Below, one piece after another: positions 15,366 to 24,000 of a stretch of 24,000 bases of DNA. The DNA comes from Metabacillus lacus (GTDB lineage Bacteria; Bacillota; Bacilli; Bacillales; Bacillaceae). Numbering within the stretch: position 1 is the stretch's first letter; every line of letters begins with the position of its first letter. The notes beneath the pieces were generated by a model that was not told the DNA's origin, did no database searches, and worked only from the letters and a program-made list of their open reading frames with translations. Both the position numbers and the translations under genes were made by a program. Location: positions 210,763 to 234,762 of the forward strand of contig NZ_WKKI01000002.1 in assembly GCF_009674805.1 (NCBI RefSeq), read 5' to 3'.

Positions 15366-15630
15366 ATGAAAAATAAAAAGCCCATTCTGGACAGAATGAG
15401 CTAAACGACGCCAAAAAAAAATCCGCCGTTCCTTTCTCAATCCCCGAAGAAAAGATACTGAAGGTTGAAAAACCGGCAGGTCTACTGACTTATGCGTCTT
15501 CCTACTCAAAGGCCCTTCCCGCAAGAATACTCTTGCAGTGGCATGCCCAATTTCGTCAGCAATTACAGTTGCGGGGACAGTTTTGGCCTTTCACCAAATT
15601 CCCTTTTAAACCCGTACAGGTACCGAATTT
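15366..15630 (-). promoter_or_regulatory. Cobalamin (B12) riboswitch with terminator-type expression platform
   Basis: The minus-strand read is GGTACCTGTACGGGTTTAAAAGGGAATTTGGTGAAAGGCCAAAACTGTCCCCGCAACTGTAA...GCCACTGCAAG...GCGGGAAGG...AGTCAGTAGACCTGCCGG (B12 box). This is followed by a U9 tract (15421..15413). Then comes hairpin GCTCATTCTG/CAGAATGGGC (15401..15380) + TTTTTATTTTT. Confidence 0.9.
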
Positions 15631-15658
15631 ATCAATAATATTCAGTTGATCTCTTTTT

Positions 15659-15688
15659 ATTTTAAAATACCTTCCCTACAGGAAGCAA
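15659..15688 (-). promoter_or_regulatory. Candidate sigma-A promoter for the B12 riboswitch operon (TTGCTT-N18-TAAAAT)
   Basis: The minus-strand -35 is at 15688..15683 and the -10 at 15664..15659. It sits between the resE stop and the riboswitch. A small CTTCC/GGAAG hairpin overlaps it. No convincing resE terminator is present, so read-through from resE is also possible. Confidence 0.35.
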
Positions 15689-15729
15689 GATTTTTCTTGT
15701 TTTTGTTTCCCATGGAACAAGATTGTTCG

Positions 15730-17520
15730 TCACACACTGTCATTGTTCAGTGTTTTTTGCGGCAGGTAAAATGAGAAGGTAGTTCCTTCTTCCAGTTTAC
15801 TGTGTACATGAATGGTTCCGCCGTGTGCTTCGACAATATTTTTGGCAATCGCAAGCCCGAGTCCTGTTCCCGATCTGCCTCTCGTTCTCGCTTTATCAGC
15901 TTTATAAAATCGTTCAAATACAAAAGGAAGGTCTTCTTCCTGAATTCCGGAACCTGAGTCCCTCACATCTGTTTTCAACCCGCTATCTGAACCTGAAATC
16001 GCGATCGCAACTGATCCGCCTGAATCAGTATGCCTGATTGCATTGTCCACCAAATTGGTCAGCACCTGCTCAATTTTATCAGGGTCCAGAACAAAAACAG
16101 AGTTTTTGAGTTGAATTTCACTAATTAAATCTATGCCTTTCTCTCTGGCCAGCCCCTGAAATTTCCTATTTATTCTTTCAATAAAATCAGGTACAGAAGT
16201 TTCCTCATAATTCAAGCTGATGTGCCCGGCTTCCATTCTCGCGAGATCCAGAAGATCGTTAACAAGACGGCCCATTCTGAGAGATTCATCATATATGACC
16301 TGAGATATCTCCCGCCTCTCTTCCTCTGAACTCGCAATATCATCTACAATGGCTTCACTGTAGCCCTGAAGCATGCTAATCGGTGTACGAAGTTCATGGC
16401 TCACATTTGCGATAAAGTCCTTCCGAAGCTTATCGAGCCGCCTCTCTTCAGTCATATCTCTCAGGACAGCAACAGCTCCCCTTACATAGGACTGGTTGTA
16501 GAGAGGGCTCATTAAAATGACCCAGCTCCGTCCTTGAAGCGTGATTTCTATAATTTGCTCCTTCTCAGCGCTGACAACTCTTTGAAACAATTCCAAAGCA
16601 AGCGGAGGGAGTTCTTCTTCATCTTCAGTGTTCATTCCCTGCTCATAGTACCATGCCTGCAAAAATCGTTCAGCAGGGGGATTGGATACAAGTATCGTAC
16701 CATCGATATTCAGCGTAATTACGCCATCCGCCATACTGCTTAAAATGCTGGATAAGTGCTCTTTTTCCTGACTGAGTGCATTAATATGAAATTTCAGCTG
16801 CCTGCCCATCTGGTTGAATGCGACGGCAAGCTCCCCGATTTCATCATGCTGCATGATGGGAACTTTTGTGTCAAACTTTCCTCTGGCAAGCTCCTGGGCG
16901 GCCTCCCGCATTTTTCTGAGCGGATAGGTAATTCTTGTAGAAAGGAAAAAAGCAAAAAATGTTGTTAACACAAATGCGATTCCTGCGGCCAGAAAGATAT
17001 AGTTTGTGGTATGCTTTGTTGTTTCATGAACAGCAAGCAAAGACTGCGCAATAAACACAGTCCCTGTCATGCCGCTGACAGTTTCAAAAGGAACCCCGAC
17101 AACCAGTACTTCACTTTCTTCATTTCCATTCGTTCTAGGCAGGAGCATTCTCTTGCTGGCATTTTGGTCCGAATTCAGTATTGCTGCAAGATCGGGGTCT
17201 CTCCTGATTTGCTCCATGGAAATTTGCGGAGAATTTTCAAAATTTTTAGGTGACTGCCAGTACTGGCCATCTTCAACGATGAGTACATTCGTCAATTCAT
17301 CAACAAGCTCCCAGGCAATAGATCTTCCCTGTTCCTGGTCGCTGTGGTTCTCCAAAATAATTGACACTTTGTTTGCCAGCTGATTTAATTCCTTTTCTGC
17401 TACATCAACATGATAATTCTCAATAAACTCCAGCAGGAGCACAGTGAGAACTGCAAGCACAAAAGAGACCAGCAAAAGAATGGTAAACCAAAGCTTTCCT
17501 ACAACACTTTTCCAAAACAT
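15730..17520 (-). CDS. resE: Sensor histidine kinase ResE
   Basis: Two TM segments, HAMP, PAS-like region, H-box SHELRTP, N-box [13 protein letters not shown] and GTGLGLAI are present. The ATG overlaps the resD stop (ATGA). Confidence 0.93.
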   Translation of the reverse strand: MFWKSVVGKLWFTILLLVSFVLAVLTVLLLEFIENYHVDVAEKELNQLANKVSIILENHSDQEQGRSIAWELVDELTNVLIVEDGQYWQSPKNFENSPQISMEQIRRDPDLAAILNSDQNASKRMLLPRTNGNEESEVLVVGVPFETVSGMTGTVFIAQSLLAVHETTKHTTNYIFLAAGIAFVLTTFFAFFLSTRITYPLRKMREAAQELARGKFDTKVPIMQHDEIGELAVAFNQMGRQLKFHINALSQEKEHLSSILSSMADGVITLNIDGTILVSNPPAERFLQAWYYEQGMNTEDEEELPPLALELFQRVVSAEKEQIIEITLQGRSWVILMSPLYNQSYVRGAVAVLRDMTEERRLDKLRKDFIANVSHELRTPISMLQGYSEAIVDDIASSEEERREISQVIYDESLRMGRLVNDLLDLARMEAGHISLNYEETSVPDFIERINRKFQGLAREKGIDLISEIQLKNSVFVLDPDKIEQVLTNLVDNAIRHTDSGGSVAIAISGSDSGLKTDVRDSGSGIQEEDLPFVFERFYKADKARTRGRSGTGLGLAIAKNIVEAHGGTIHVHSKLEEGTTFSFYLPQKTLNNDSV

Positions 17521-18242
17521 CAGGAATTTCCTACCTCAAATTTATAGCCTACTCCCCAAACTGTTACAATCATTTTAGCAGCCTCAGGAGACACTTTATT
17601 CAGCTTCTCTCTTAACCTTTTCACATGAGTATCAACCGTTCTTAAATCACCGAAAAACTCATACTGCCAGACCTCTTTCAGCAGTTTTTCTCTGTCATAT
17701 ACCTTATCAGGCGTTTTGGCAAGAAAATAAAGAAGCTCATACTCCTTCGGTGTCAGGCTGACCTCTGTGCCGTCTGCAGTCACTCGGTGGGCATCATGGT
17801 CAATTGACAGATGGGGAAAGACCACAACATTCTTTGAAGCTGTGTCTGTTTTTAAAAACGTTGTCGTCGATGATCGTCTCAACAGAGCTTTAACCCTCAG
17901 CACAACCTCGCGCGGACTGAAAGGCTTCACAATATAATCATCTGCTCCTACTTCAAAGCCCTGCACCCTGTTAGCTTCCTCCCCTTTTGCAGTAAGAATA
18001 ATCACCGGGGTAGCTTTCTTTTCCCGAAGCTGTCTGCATACTTCTATGCCGTCAATTCCCGGCATCATTAAATCGAGCAGAATGAGATCGTAATTGTTCG
18101 TCAGAGCCAGCTCCAGGGCTTCATCACCGTTCTCTGCCTCTTCAATTTCATAGTTCTCTCTTTCCAGGTACATTCTTAATAGCCTTCTAATACGTTCCTC
18201 ATCATCTACCACGAGTATTTTTTCTTTAAAAGTGTTTTCCAT
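17520..18242 (-). CDS. resD: OmpR-family response regulator ResD
   Basis: [34 protein letters not shown]...LLDLMMPG plus a C-terminal winged helix are nearly colinear with B. subtilis ResD. I chose ATG 18242 (RBS GGAGGAAG, 240 aa) over the track's 18260. Confidence 0.95.
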   Translation of the reverse strand: MENTFKEKILVVDDEERIRRLLRMYLERENYEIEEAENGDEALELALTNNYDLILLDLMMPGIDGIEVCRQLREKKATPVIILTAKGEEANRVQGFEVGADDYIVKPFSPREVVLRVKALLRRSSTTTFLKTDTASKNVVVFPHLSIDHDAHRVTADGTEVSLTPKEYELLYFLAKTPDKVYDREKLLKEVWQYEFFGDLRTVDTHVKRLREKLNKVSPEAAKMIVTVWGVGYKFEVGNS

Positions 18243-18279
18243 AGGTAACTTCCTCCACATCAGCTTTCAGTTAATTATT

Positions 18280-18311
18280 CAGAAAAAGCCTCCACTAGCT
18301 AAGTGAAGGCT
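18280..18311 (-). terminator. Intrinsic terminator/attenuator between resC and resD
   Basis: The minus-strand RNA forms AGCCTTCAC-TTAGCTA-GTGGAGGCT (9 bp, one G-U) followed by TTTTTCTG. It starts 24 nt after the resC stop. Confidence 0.6.
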
Positions 18312-18334
18312 GTCCTTTTTTTAAGTGCCTGGTC

Positions 18335-19507
18335 TTATGCGTAGGAATGCAGACCTGCAATAACCAGATTGACAAAAATCAAATTAAACATAATGATGGC
18401 AAATCCTATGACTGCCAGCCAGGCCGACTTCTCCCCATGCCATCCTTTTGACAGCCTGAGGTGAAGATAAGCTGCATAAAACAGCCACGTAATTAAAGCC
18501 CATACTTCTTTAGGATCCCAGCCCCAAAATCTTGTCCACGCAATCTGCGCCCAGATCATGGCGAAAATCAGCGCTCCCAACGTAAATACCGGAAAGCCGA
18601 TTGTAACAGAACGATATCCAATTTCATCAACAAGATCCAGCCTTACATGTCTGACAAGCGGCTGCATGGCAGCGGATATCCTTTTTCTCAGCACCAGTCT
18701 TAAAGCTCCGTATAAAACAAGCCCGACTAAAACTGACCATATTACAGTATTTGCTTTTCTTCCTGATATGATAGCAGGAAGTTCTATAAGCGGCTGCATT
18801 CTGCCTTCTGTAAGCAGCTGGCTCTCATTAGGACCGAGTATAGCAGGAAGCGTATAAACCATTTCTGCAGACTGATCATTTTTATCTGTCCATTGGTAGA
18901 CTGCCTGATAGTCCATTGACCGGAATGCAGTTGTGACCAGTATAAAAGCAAGAGTCGCCACCAGAACAAACATGACAAATTCCAGCCAGAATGTTTTTTT
19001 TGATTTTTTGCTTTGATCAACACTTTTCAATAAATATAATACCCCTGCAATAAAACTGATGGCAAGCAGTGCCTGTCCAAGCGCAGCCGTCGTTACATGA
19101 ATATAAAGCCAGCTGCTCTTTAAAGCCGGTATAAGCGGGGATATTTCTGTCGGGAACATGCTTGCGTAGGCAATCAGAAGCAATGCTACCGGAAGAGTAA
19201 ATAAGCCCAATACCGATGTTTTATAAATAAAATAAATAATGATAAATGCCAATACCAACATCATACCAAAAAATGTAGTGAATTCAAAAAGGTTGCTGAC
19301 CGGAGCATGTCCGGCTGCAATCCACCTTGTAATAAAATACCCCGTTTGCGCAATGAAACCTGCAATTGTAACGGCGATGGCAGCTTTTGCCCAGTTATTC
19401 GGGTTTTTGCGGTCTTTTTTATCCCTGATTGATCCCCCAAAAATAAAAGTCCCAATCAAATAAAGAAAGAAAGCTGCATATAAAAGATTGCTGCTTAATG
19501 CGGCCAT
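18335..19507 (-). CDS. resC: Cytochrome c biogenesis protein ResC (CcsA family, heme handling)
   Basis: The polytopic protein has the Trp-rich heme motif [16 protein letters not shown] chose ATG 19507 (RBS AGGGAGGGA, 390 aa). The track's 19597 start would overlap resB. Confidence 0.93.
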   Translation of the reverse strand: MAALSSNLLYAAFFLYLIGTFIFGGSIRDKKDRKNPNNWAKAAIAVTIAGFIAQTGYFITRWIAAGHAPVSNLFEFTTFFGMMLVLAFIIIYFIYKTSVLGLFTLPVALLLIAYASMFPTEISPLIPALKSSWLYIHVTTAALGQALLAISFIAGVLYLLKSVDQSKKSKKTFWLEFVMFVLVATLAFILVTTAFRSMDYQAVYQWTDKNDQSAEMVYTLPAILGPNESQLLTEGRMQPLIELPAIISGRKANTVIWSVLVGLVLYGALRLVLRKRISAAMQPLVRHVRLDLVDEIGYRSVTIGFPVFTLGALIFAMIWAQIAWTRFWGWDPKEVWALITWLFYAAYLHLRLSKGWHGEKSAWLAVIGFAIIMFNLIFVNLVIAGLHSYA

Positions 19508-19520
19508 GTTTCGTCCCTCC

Positions 19521-21155
19521 CTAATCCTCCAAATCGTTCTCTCTCTGGTCAGCCGGCATATCCAGGGATGTTCCTTCCAGGACAGCTTTGATGTCACTCT
19601 TCAGCCCGAACCAGTTTTTATTTGTATGTGCTGCAACAGCAATCCCTTCAGCACTCCTTTTCAGCCAGATCCGACGATGATTCCAGTACATTCCCTGAAT
19701 CACGCCGATCATAAAGATTGCCCCGCCTATTCCAAGCAGCCAGAGGGTATGATCTTTCCGGACTGTTAAGGCAGTCAGGTTTTTTGTTTCTGCACTTTCA
19801 AATTGCATTTTGTATTGATTGTCTCCAGCTGGTTCAATGGTTTGCTGTATCGCTACAAAGCTTGTTTCCCCTTCAGGCTTATCCGGTGCAATCATTTTAA
19901 AAACAAAGGCCGGGTTATTCGGCACCCTCGTTTTGGTAGCCGGTTTACCTTCTGCATTAAAATAAAAATCCGGAAGGTAGCTGGAAATTTCAACTGAGTA
20001 GCCATTTCCCAGGTCATATGCTTTTTCGGGATCAAGCAAGTCTATTTGCAGGCTTCCAAAACTTTGCTCACTCTCTTTATCTATTAATCTGAAATTCATT
20101 GTATTCAGCTCATTTAATTTAAAATCAACCTGATACAAAGCAAAGCTATCAAACTTCAACGGTTCATTCACGCGAATTTCCTTATCTGTCACCTTTTTAA
20201 GCTGGGGTGCGGCACCATGTACAATCTCACCGGTTCTCTCGTATAAGGTAACATCAGATTGAAAATTCTTTGCTACTGCTCCTTCACCAACACGTGTAAT
20301 GGCTTCCTCAAACACAGCATCTTCATTTTCACTTTCATATACCTCATGCAAAAAACGATGATTTGTCAGATAATATAATCCTTCTGTGCCCGGGATTACT
20401 GTTGTTTCACCCTCGCGTATCCATAATACTTCATCAATGTACATGTCCGGGAAAAACCTCAGCATGGCTCCAATCAAGAAGATGATGAGCCCTACGTGAT
20501 TGACATACGGTCCCCATCTGGAAAACCTGCCTTTTTCAGCGAATATGTTTTCTCCCTGTGTCCTTACCTGGTAGCGGCGTTTCTGCAGGGCAGTTTTCAC
20601 ATGATGAAGATCGCCTTCTCCGGCAGCTGGAGTTTCCCCGTATATTCTCTGCCTTCTCATGAAGTTGTCATGGCGGGTAACACCCTGCTTTTTGAGAGCC
20701 CTGTACAGAGGGATAACCCGGTCAAGGCTGCAGATAACAAGTGAAATCCCAATCGAAGCGATCAGGATCATATACCACCATGAACCATAAAGATCATGAA
20801 AGCCCAGCTGATAATAAAGCTGGCCCAGACTGCCGTACTCATCTTTGTAAAAGGTTCCCGGAGGTACACTTTTCGGTATGTACATTTCCTGCGGAAAAAT
20901 GGTCCCCAGTGCCGAAGCAGCCAATGTAATCACAATAAGCCAGACACCCACTTTTACGGATGAGAAAAAGTTCCATATTTTATCAACGATCGTTTTGTTG
21001 TAAGTCTGCGAGCGCCTGGCGCTTCCGTCATACCTCATATCCAAAAGCTGTTTGCTTTCGGCGGCGTTTTCCCCTTCAACCGGCTTTCCGCAGGACTCAC
21101 ATAAAACTGTGCCGTGCGGATTGATATGACCGCACTCGCATTTTACATCTTTCAT
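19521..21155 (-). CDS. resB: Cytochrome c biogenesis protein ResB (CcsB family)
   Basis: The 544-aa product has an N-terminal Cys4 segment [19 protein letters not shown] as in B. subtilis ResB, TM helices and a large extracytoplasmic domain. RBS is AGGGAG. Confidence 0.93.
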   Translation of the reverse strand: MKDVKCECGHINPHGTVLCESCGKPVEGENAAESKQLLDMRYDGSARRSQTYNKTIVDKIWNFFSSVKVGVWLIVITLAASALGTIFPQEMYIPKSVPPGTFYKDEYGSLGQLYYQLGFHDLYGSWWYMILIASIGISLVICSLDRVIPLYRALKKQGVTRHDNFMRRQRIYGETPAAGEGDLHHVKTALQKRRYQVRTQGENIFAEKGRFSRWGPYVNHVGLIIFLIGAMLRFFPDMYIDEVLWIREGETTVIPGTEGLYYLTNHRFLHEVYESENEDAVFEEAITRVGEGAVAKNFQSDVTLYERTGEIVHGAAPQLKKVTDKEIRVNEPLKFDSFALYQVDFKLNELNTMNFRLIDKESEQSFGSLQIDLLDPEKAYDLGNGYSVEISSYLPDFYFNAEGKPATKTRVPNNPAFVFKMIAPDKPEGETSFVAIQQTIEPAGDNQYKMQFESAETKNLTALTVRKDHTLWLLGIGGAIFMIGVIQGMYWNHRRIWLKRSAEGIAVAAHTNKNWFGLKSDIKAVLEGTSLDMPADQRENDLED

Positions 21156-21171
21156 GCTGAAATCTCCCTAT

Positions 21172-21693
21172 TTAAGGTTCTATTTGATCCATAAACTCCT
21201 GAATCGTTCTCTCTGTAAGCTGGCCTGAATGCACCTTCACGACCTTTCCATCTTTATCTATCAAAAAAGTCGTTGGCAGGGGCTTAACCCCATAAGCATT
21301 TAAAACCTGTCTGTCTTTATCAAGCACAATTGGAAAGTTCAGGCCGTATTCATCTGCAAAATTCTGTACTGACAGATTGGATTCTGCGATATTTACAGCC
21401 AGCACCTCCACCCCTTTTTGCCGATAATGCTGATATTGATTTTCCATATATGGCATTTCACGTTTGCATGGTTCACACCATGTACCCCAGAAATTAAGGA
21501 ATACTCCTTTTCCGCGGTAATCCGAAAGCTGATGGGTGTTCCCGTTCAAATCAGTTAACAAAAAGTCCGGTGCTGTACCCCCAGCCTTCACAATTTCTTT
21601 ATTGGTAAAAAAGTTTGTATATAATGTGTATCCGATTGCCAGCGCAAGCACCAGGAGTATAGCTGACCGTATCATAAGTCTGTTCTTTTTCAT
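21172..21693 (-). CDS. resA: Thiol-disulfide oxidoreductase ResA (membrane-anchored thioredoxin-like)
   Basis: [21 protein letters not shown] carries the CEPC active site and there is an N-terminal anchor. I chose ATG 21693 (RBS AGGGGAG) rather than 21720. Confidence 0.93.
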   Translation of the reverse strand: MKKNRLMIRSAILLVLALAIGYTLYTNFFTNKEIVKAGGTAPDFLLTDLNGNTHQLSDYRGKGVFLNFWGTWCEPCKREMPYMENQYQHYRQKGVEVLAVNIAESNLSVQNFADEYGLNFPIVLDKDRQVLNAYGVKPLPTTFLIDKDGKVVKVHSGQLTERTIQEFMDQIEP

Positions 21694-21728
21694 TCCTTGC
21701 TCCCCTAAAAAAGAATACATTCTTCGTC

Positions 21729-21781
21729 ATTATATCATTAAGAGGACATGCCGAATTTTGATTTTATGAAGTTTATGTGAA
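21729..21781 (-). promoter_or_regulatory. Candidate resA promoter: extended -10 TGATATAAT plus two OmpR-family-type direct repeats (TTCACA-N5-TTCATA)
   Basis: The minus-strand read is TTCACATAAACTTCATAAAATCAAAATTCGGCATGTCCTCTTAATGATATAAT. The hexamers are at 21781..21776 and 21770..21765 (11-bp period). There is a poor -35 and TGnTATAAT at 21737..21729. Confidence 0.45.
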
Positions 21782-21783
21782 AC

Positions 21784-22524
21784 TTAGAAAGCGCTTTTTC
21801 CATGCTCAGCCATCGCTCTCAGCTGCTTCACTTCATGAGGCGTCAGTTCCCTCGAGTCTCCGGGATTCAAGCCTTTCAAATCCAGCGTTGCATATCTTTC
21901 GCGCTTCAGTTTCATGACGGGATGTCCAATTGCTTCAAACATCCTTCTGACTTGCCGGTTTCTACCCTCATGTATGGTAATTTCGACGATGCTTGTTCCT
22001 TTTTTCTTATCAACAGATGCCACCTTAACCCTGGCAGGCGCTGTTTTTCCATCCTCTAATTCTATGCCGCGCTCAAGCTTTTTTAAATTTTCCCTGAACG
22101 GCGCACCTTTCACTTTAGCCACATATGTTTTGTCCATTTGGTATTTTGGATGCATCAGTAAATTTGCAAAGCCGCCGTCATTTGTCAGCAAAATCAGCCC
22201 TGTTGTATCATAGTCCAGCCTTCCCACAGGATAAATTCTCTGCTTTACATGCGGTAGGAAATCAGTTACAACTTTACGGTCCTTATCATCCTTCGCTGCG
22301 GAAATAACACCGCGTGGTTTATATAGTAAATAGTAAACAGGCTCCTCTCTCTCTAAAGGCACACCATTTACTTCAACCGAATCATTGTCAGTCACTTTCA
22401 AACCGAGCTCTGTTACAGTTTTCCCATTCACTTTTACCTTACCTTCAGCAATTAATTCCTCTGCTTTTCTTCTTGATGCTACACCTGCGTGCGCAATTAC
22501 CTTCTGTAAACGTTCCATGTTCAA
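21784..22524 (-). CDS. rluB: 23S rRNA pseudouridine synthase RluB
   Basis: The S4 domain is RLQKVIAHAGVASRRKAEELIAEGKVKVNG and the catalytic motif is GRLDYDTTGLILLTNDG. RBS is GAGGTG. Confidence 0.92.
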   Translation of the reverse strand: MNMERLQKVIAHAGVASRRKAEELIAEGKVKVNGKTVTELGLKVTDNDSVEVNGVPLEREEPVYYLLYKPRGVISAAKDDKDRKVVTDFLPHVKQRIYPVGRLDYDTTGLILLTNDGGFANLLMHPKYQMDKTYVAKVKGAPFRENLKKLERGIELEDGKTAPARVKVASVDKKKGTSIVEITIHEGRNRQVRRMFEAIGHPVMKLKRERYATLDLKGLNPGDSRELTPHEVKQLRAMAEHGKSAF

Positions 22525-22611
22525 TTCACCTCGTTAACAATCTTACTTCTTTCAGCACCTTTAGACAAGCTGGTAAGTGAATAAGCCCTTTTTTTAAACA
22601 TTCTTATGCTC

Positions 22612-22666
22612 AATCACACAACAAAACCTTACTCCTGACACATGATTCTTAGTGTGTGGAGTAAGG
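22612..22666 (-). terminator. Rho-independent terminator after spmB
   Basis: The minus-strand read is CCTTACTCC(ACACAC)-loop-(GTGTCA)GGAGTAAGG followed by TTTTGTTGTGTG. Confidence 0.75.
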
Positions 22667-22719
22667 CCCTTCTTTATTTAGGATTCTGTATGACAAGTAC
22701 AGACATTTGCAAAAAGTGT

Positions 22720-23253
22720 TCAAGAAAAAAGAATCGTAACAATCACAATTGAAGCAATAATTCCGATCAAATCCGCTAGAAGACCCACCTTCAGAGCGTC
22801 GCCCATTTTTTTAATGCCCACGGCACCAAAGTAGACTGTTAAAATATAGAGTGTTGTATCTGTGCTCCCCTGCATCACGGAAGCGAGCCGCCCAAGAAAA
22901 GAGTCAGGGCCGTGCGCAGCAATCAGATCTGTTGTCATGCCAAGAGCAGCTGTTCCGGATATGGGCCTGATAAAAGCCAAAGGAACGATTTCTGAGGGAA
23001 CCCCCGCCATCTGCAATACCGGGCGGAGCAACTCTACGAGAAACCCTAAAGCACCTGACGCCCTGAAAATGGATATAGCAACCAGCATTCCGACAAGGTA
23101 AGGAATAATGGAAAAAGCAATTGTAATCCCTTCTTTGCCTCCTTCAACAAAGGCTTCATAAGCAGGAATTTTTTTCCACGTCCCGTATATTAAAATGAAT
23201 GCAATGATTGCCGGTATCATCCATAGAGATAGTAAACTCATGATTTGAAGCAT
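22720..23253 (-). CDS. spmB: Spore maturation protein B
   Basis: This polytopic membrane protein of the nucleoside-recognition/Gate type lies directly after spmA. I chose ATG 23253 (RBS AAGGGTGATGG, 177 aa). The track's 23301 start overlaps spmA by 44 nt. Confidence 0.85.
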   Translation of the reverse strand: MLQIMSLLSLWMIPAIIAFILIYGTWKKIPAYEAFVEGGKEGITIAFSIIPYLVGMLVAISIFRASGALGFLVELLRPVLQMAGVPSEIVPLAFIRPISGTAALGMTTDLIAAHGPDSFLGRLASVMQGSTDTTLYILTVYFGAVGIKKMGDALKVGLLADLIGIIASIVIVTILFS

Positions 23254-23257
23254 TCCA

Positions 23258-23851
23258 TCACCCTTTAGACTTTCTTCTGTAATAAAAATAGCGGTCAACA
23301 AGCACAGCTCCGATGGTTGCTATAAGAGATGCCAGAATTGTGGGTCCTACTATCTCTGTGGATGATTGCGATCCGTATGTCATTCGGATTGCGATAACCG
23401 TAGTGGGTATCAAAGTAATGCTTGATGTATTAATGGCCAAAAAAGTAATCATTGAGCGGCTTGCAGACTCAGCGTTTCCATTCAGCTTTTTCATCTGCTC
23501 CATCGCTTTAATGCCAAGGGGAGTAGCTGCATTTCCAAGCCCGAACATGTTGGCCATCATATTGGACAGAATATACCCCATTGCGGGGTGGCTGGGAGGG
23601 ATGTCAGGAAAAAGTCTTCTCACCACAGGTTTGAACAACAGCCCGAGCTTTTCCAGCAATCCTGCTGATTCTGCGATTTTCATCAGGCCGAGCCAGAATA
23701 CCAAAACGCTGATCAAACCTATCGAAATGGTGACTGCATCTTTTGCTCCTTTAAAAATCGCCTCATTTACAGCATCTATTGTACCGTTGAAAAGTGCGAA
23801 TATCAGCCCGGCCACTGTGAGGAAAACCCATATGAGATTAACCATGTGCAT
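23258..23851 (-). CDS. spmA: Spore maturation protein A
   Basis: MHMVNLIWVFLTVAGLIFALFNG... is a polytopic membrane protein. The second ATG (23845, MVNLIW) is an equally likely start. It overlaps the dacB 3' end. Confidence 0.88.
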   Translation of the reverse strand: MHMVNLIWVFLTVAGLIFALFNGTIDAVNEAIFKGAKDAVTISIGLISVLVFWLGLMKIAESAGLLEKLGLLFKPVVRRLFPDIPPSHPAMGYILSNMMANMFGLGNAATPLGIKAMEQMKKLNGNAESASRSMITFLAINTSSITLIPTTVIAIRMTYGSQSSTEIVGPTILASLIATIGAVLVDRYFYYRRKSKG

Positions 23852-24000
23852 CTGCGCCTATTGAGGAATAGAAAATCCGCTGAAATGTCTCCCAAAAGCC
23901 AGCCTCATCCGGCGCTCTTGACTTGCCCTTTTTAAAAAACAAAGGCACAGATTCAATTTCTTCATCCTTTAACTTGACAGAAAGCTTGCCGACAACCCCG
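23838..24000 (-). CDS. dacB: D-alanyl-D-alanine carboxypeptidase DacB (PBP5*), C-terminal 53 codons only (gene enters from the right edge)
   Basis: Not in the ORF track because it is truncated. My translation is ...GVVGKLSVKLKDEEIESVPLFFKKGKSRAPDEAGFWETFQRIFYSSIGADAHG*, with the stop at 23840..23838 overlapping the spmA start. The call rests mainly on the dacB-spmA-spmB operon context. Confidence 0.65.
   Translation of the reverse strand, partial: GVVGKLSVKLKDEEIESVPLFFKKGKSRAPDEAGFWETFQRIFYSSIGADAHG

Noticed and set aside
15825-17383. Several 69-104-aa plus-strand ORFs inside resE (similar ones occur inside resC, resB, rluB, spmA and recS)
   Set aside because: All are antisense shadow frames of well-supported genes. 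They lack an RBS and recognisable motifs.

Overview
The window looks like a low-GC Bacillaceae chromosomal core segment. Gene order matches the Bacillus subtilis ypbG-ypbF-ypbE-ypbD-recS-ypbB / fer / ribU(fmnP) / serA / sigX-rsiX / resEDCBA / rluB / spmBA / dacB neighbourhood. This is judged from protein motifs and my memory of B. subtilis proteins; no search was run. Apart from fer and serA, every gene is on the minus strand. I support 24 CDSs. Two are cut by the window edges: a MerR-type regulator at the left and the dacB 3' end at the right. I also support two riboswitches: an FMN riboswitch before ribU and a cobalamin riboswitch before a three-gene operon. Further features are a textbook SigX-type ECF promoter in front of sigX, several sigma-A-like promoters and about ten intrinsic terminators. 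I saw no rRNA, tRNA, CRISPR array, transposase, integrase or long repeat. Most of the window is ordinary housekeeping DNA. The most interesting part is the cobalamin-riboswitch-gated module at about 13.7-15.7 kb, between resE and sigX. It encodes a DUF4430/transcobalamin-like lipoprotein, a tightly coupled ECF-S-component-like membrane protein and a PduO adenosyltransferase. This would be an ECF-type importer with its own extracytoplasmic capture protein. A possibly related item is the truncated CarH/LitR-like (AdoCbl-dependent) MerR regulator at the left edge. Lesser items are a 45-codon candidate sORF, overlapping divergent promoters, an ECF-like promoter before an M23/LysM peptidase next to sigX-rsiX, and operator-like repeats at the fer and resA promoters. 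All family assignments are by eye and need HMM/CM confirmation.
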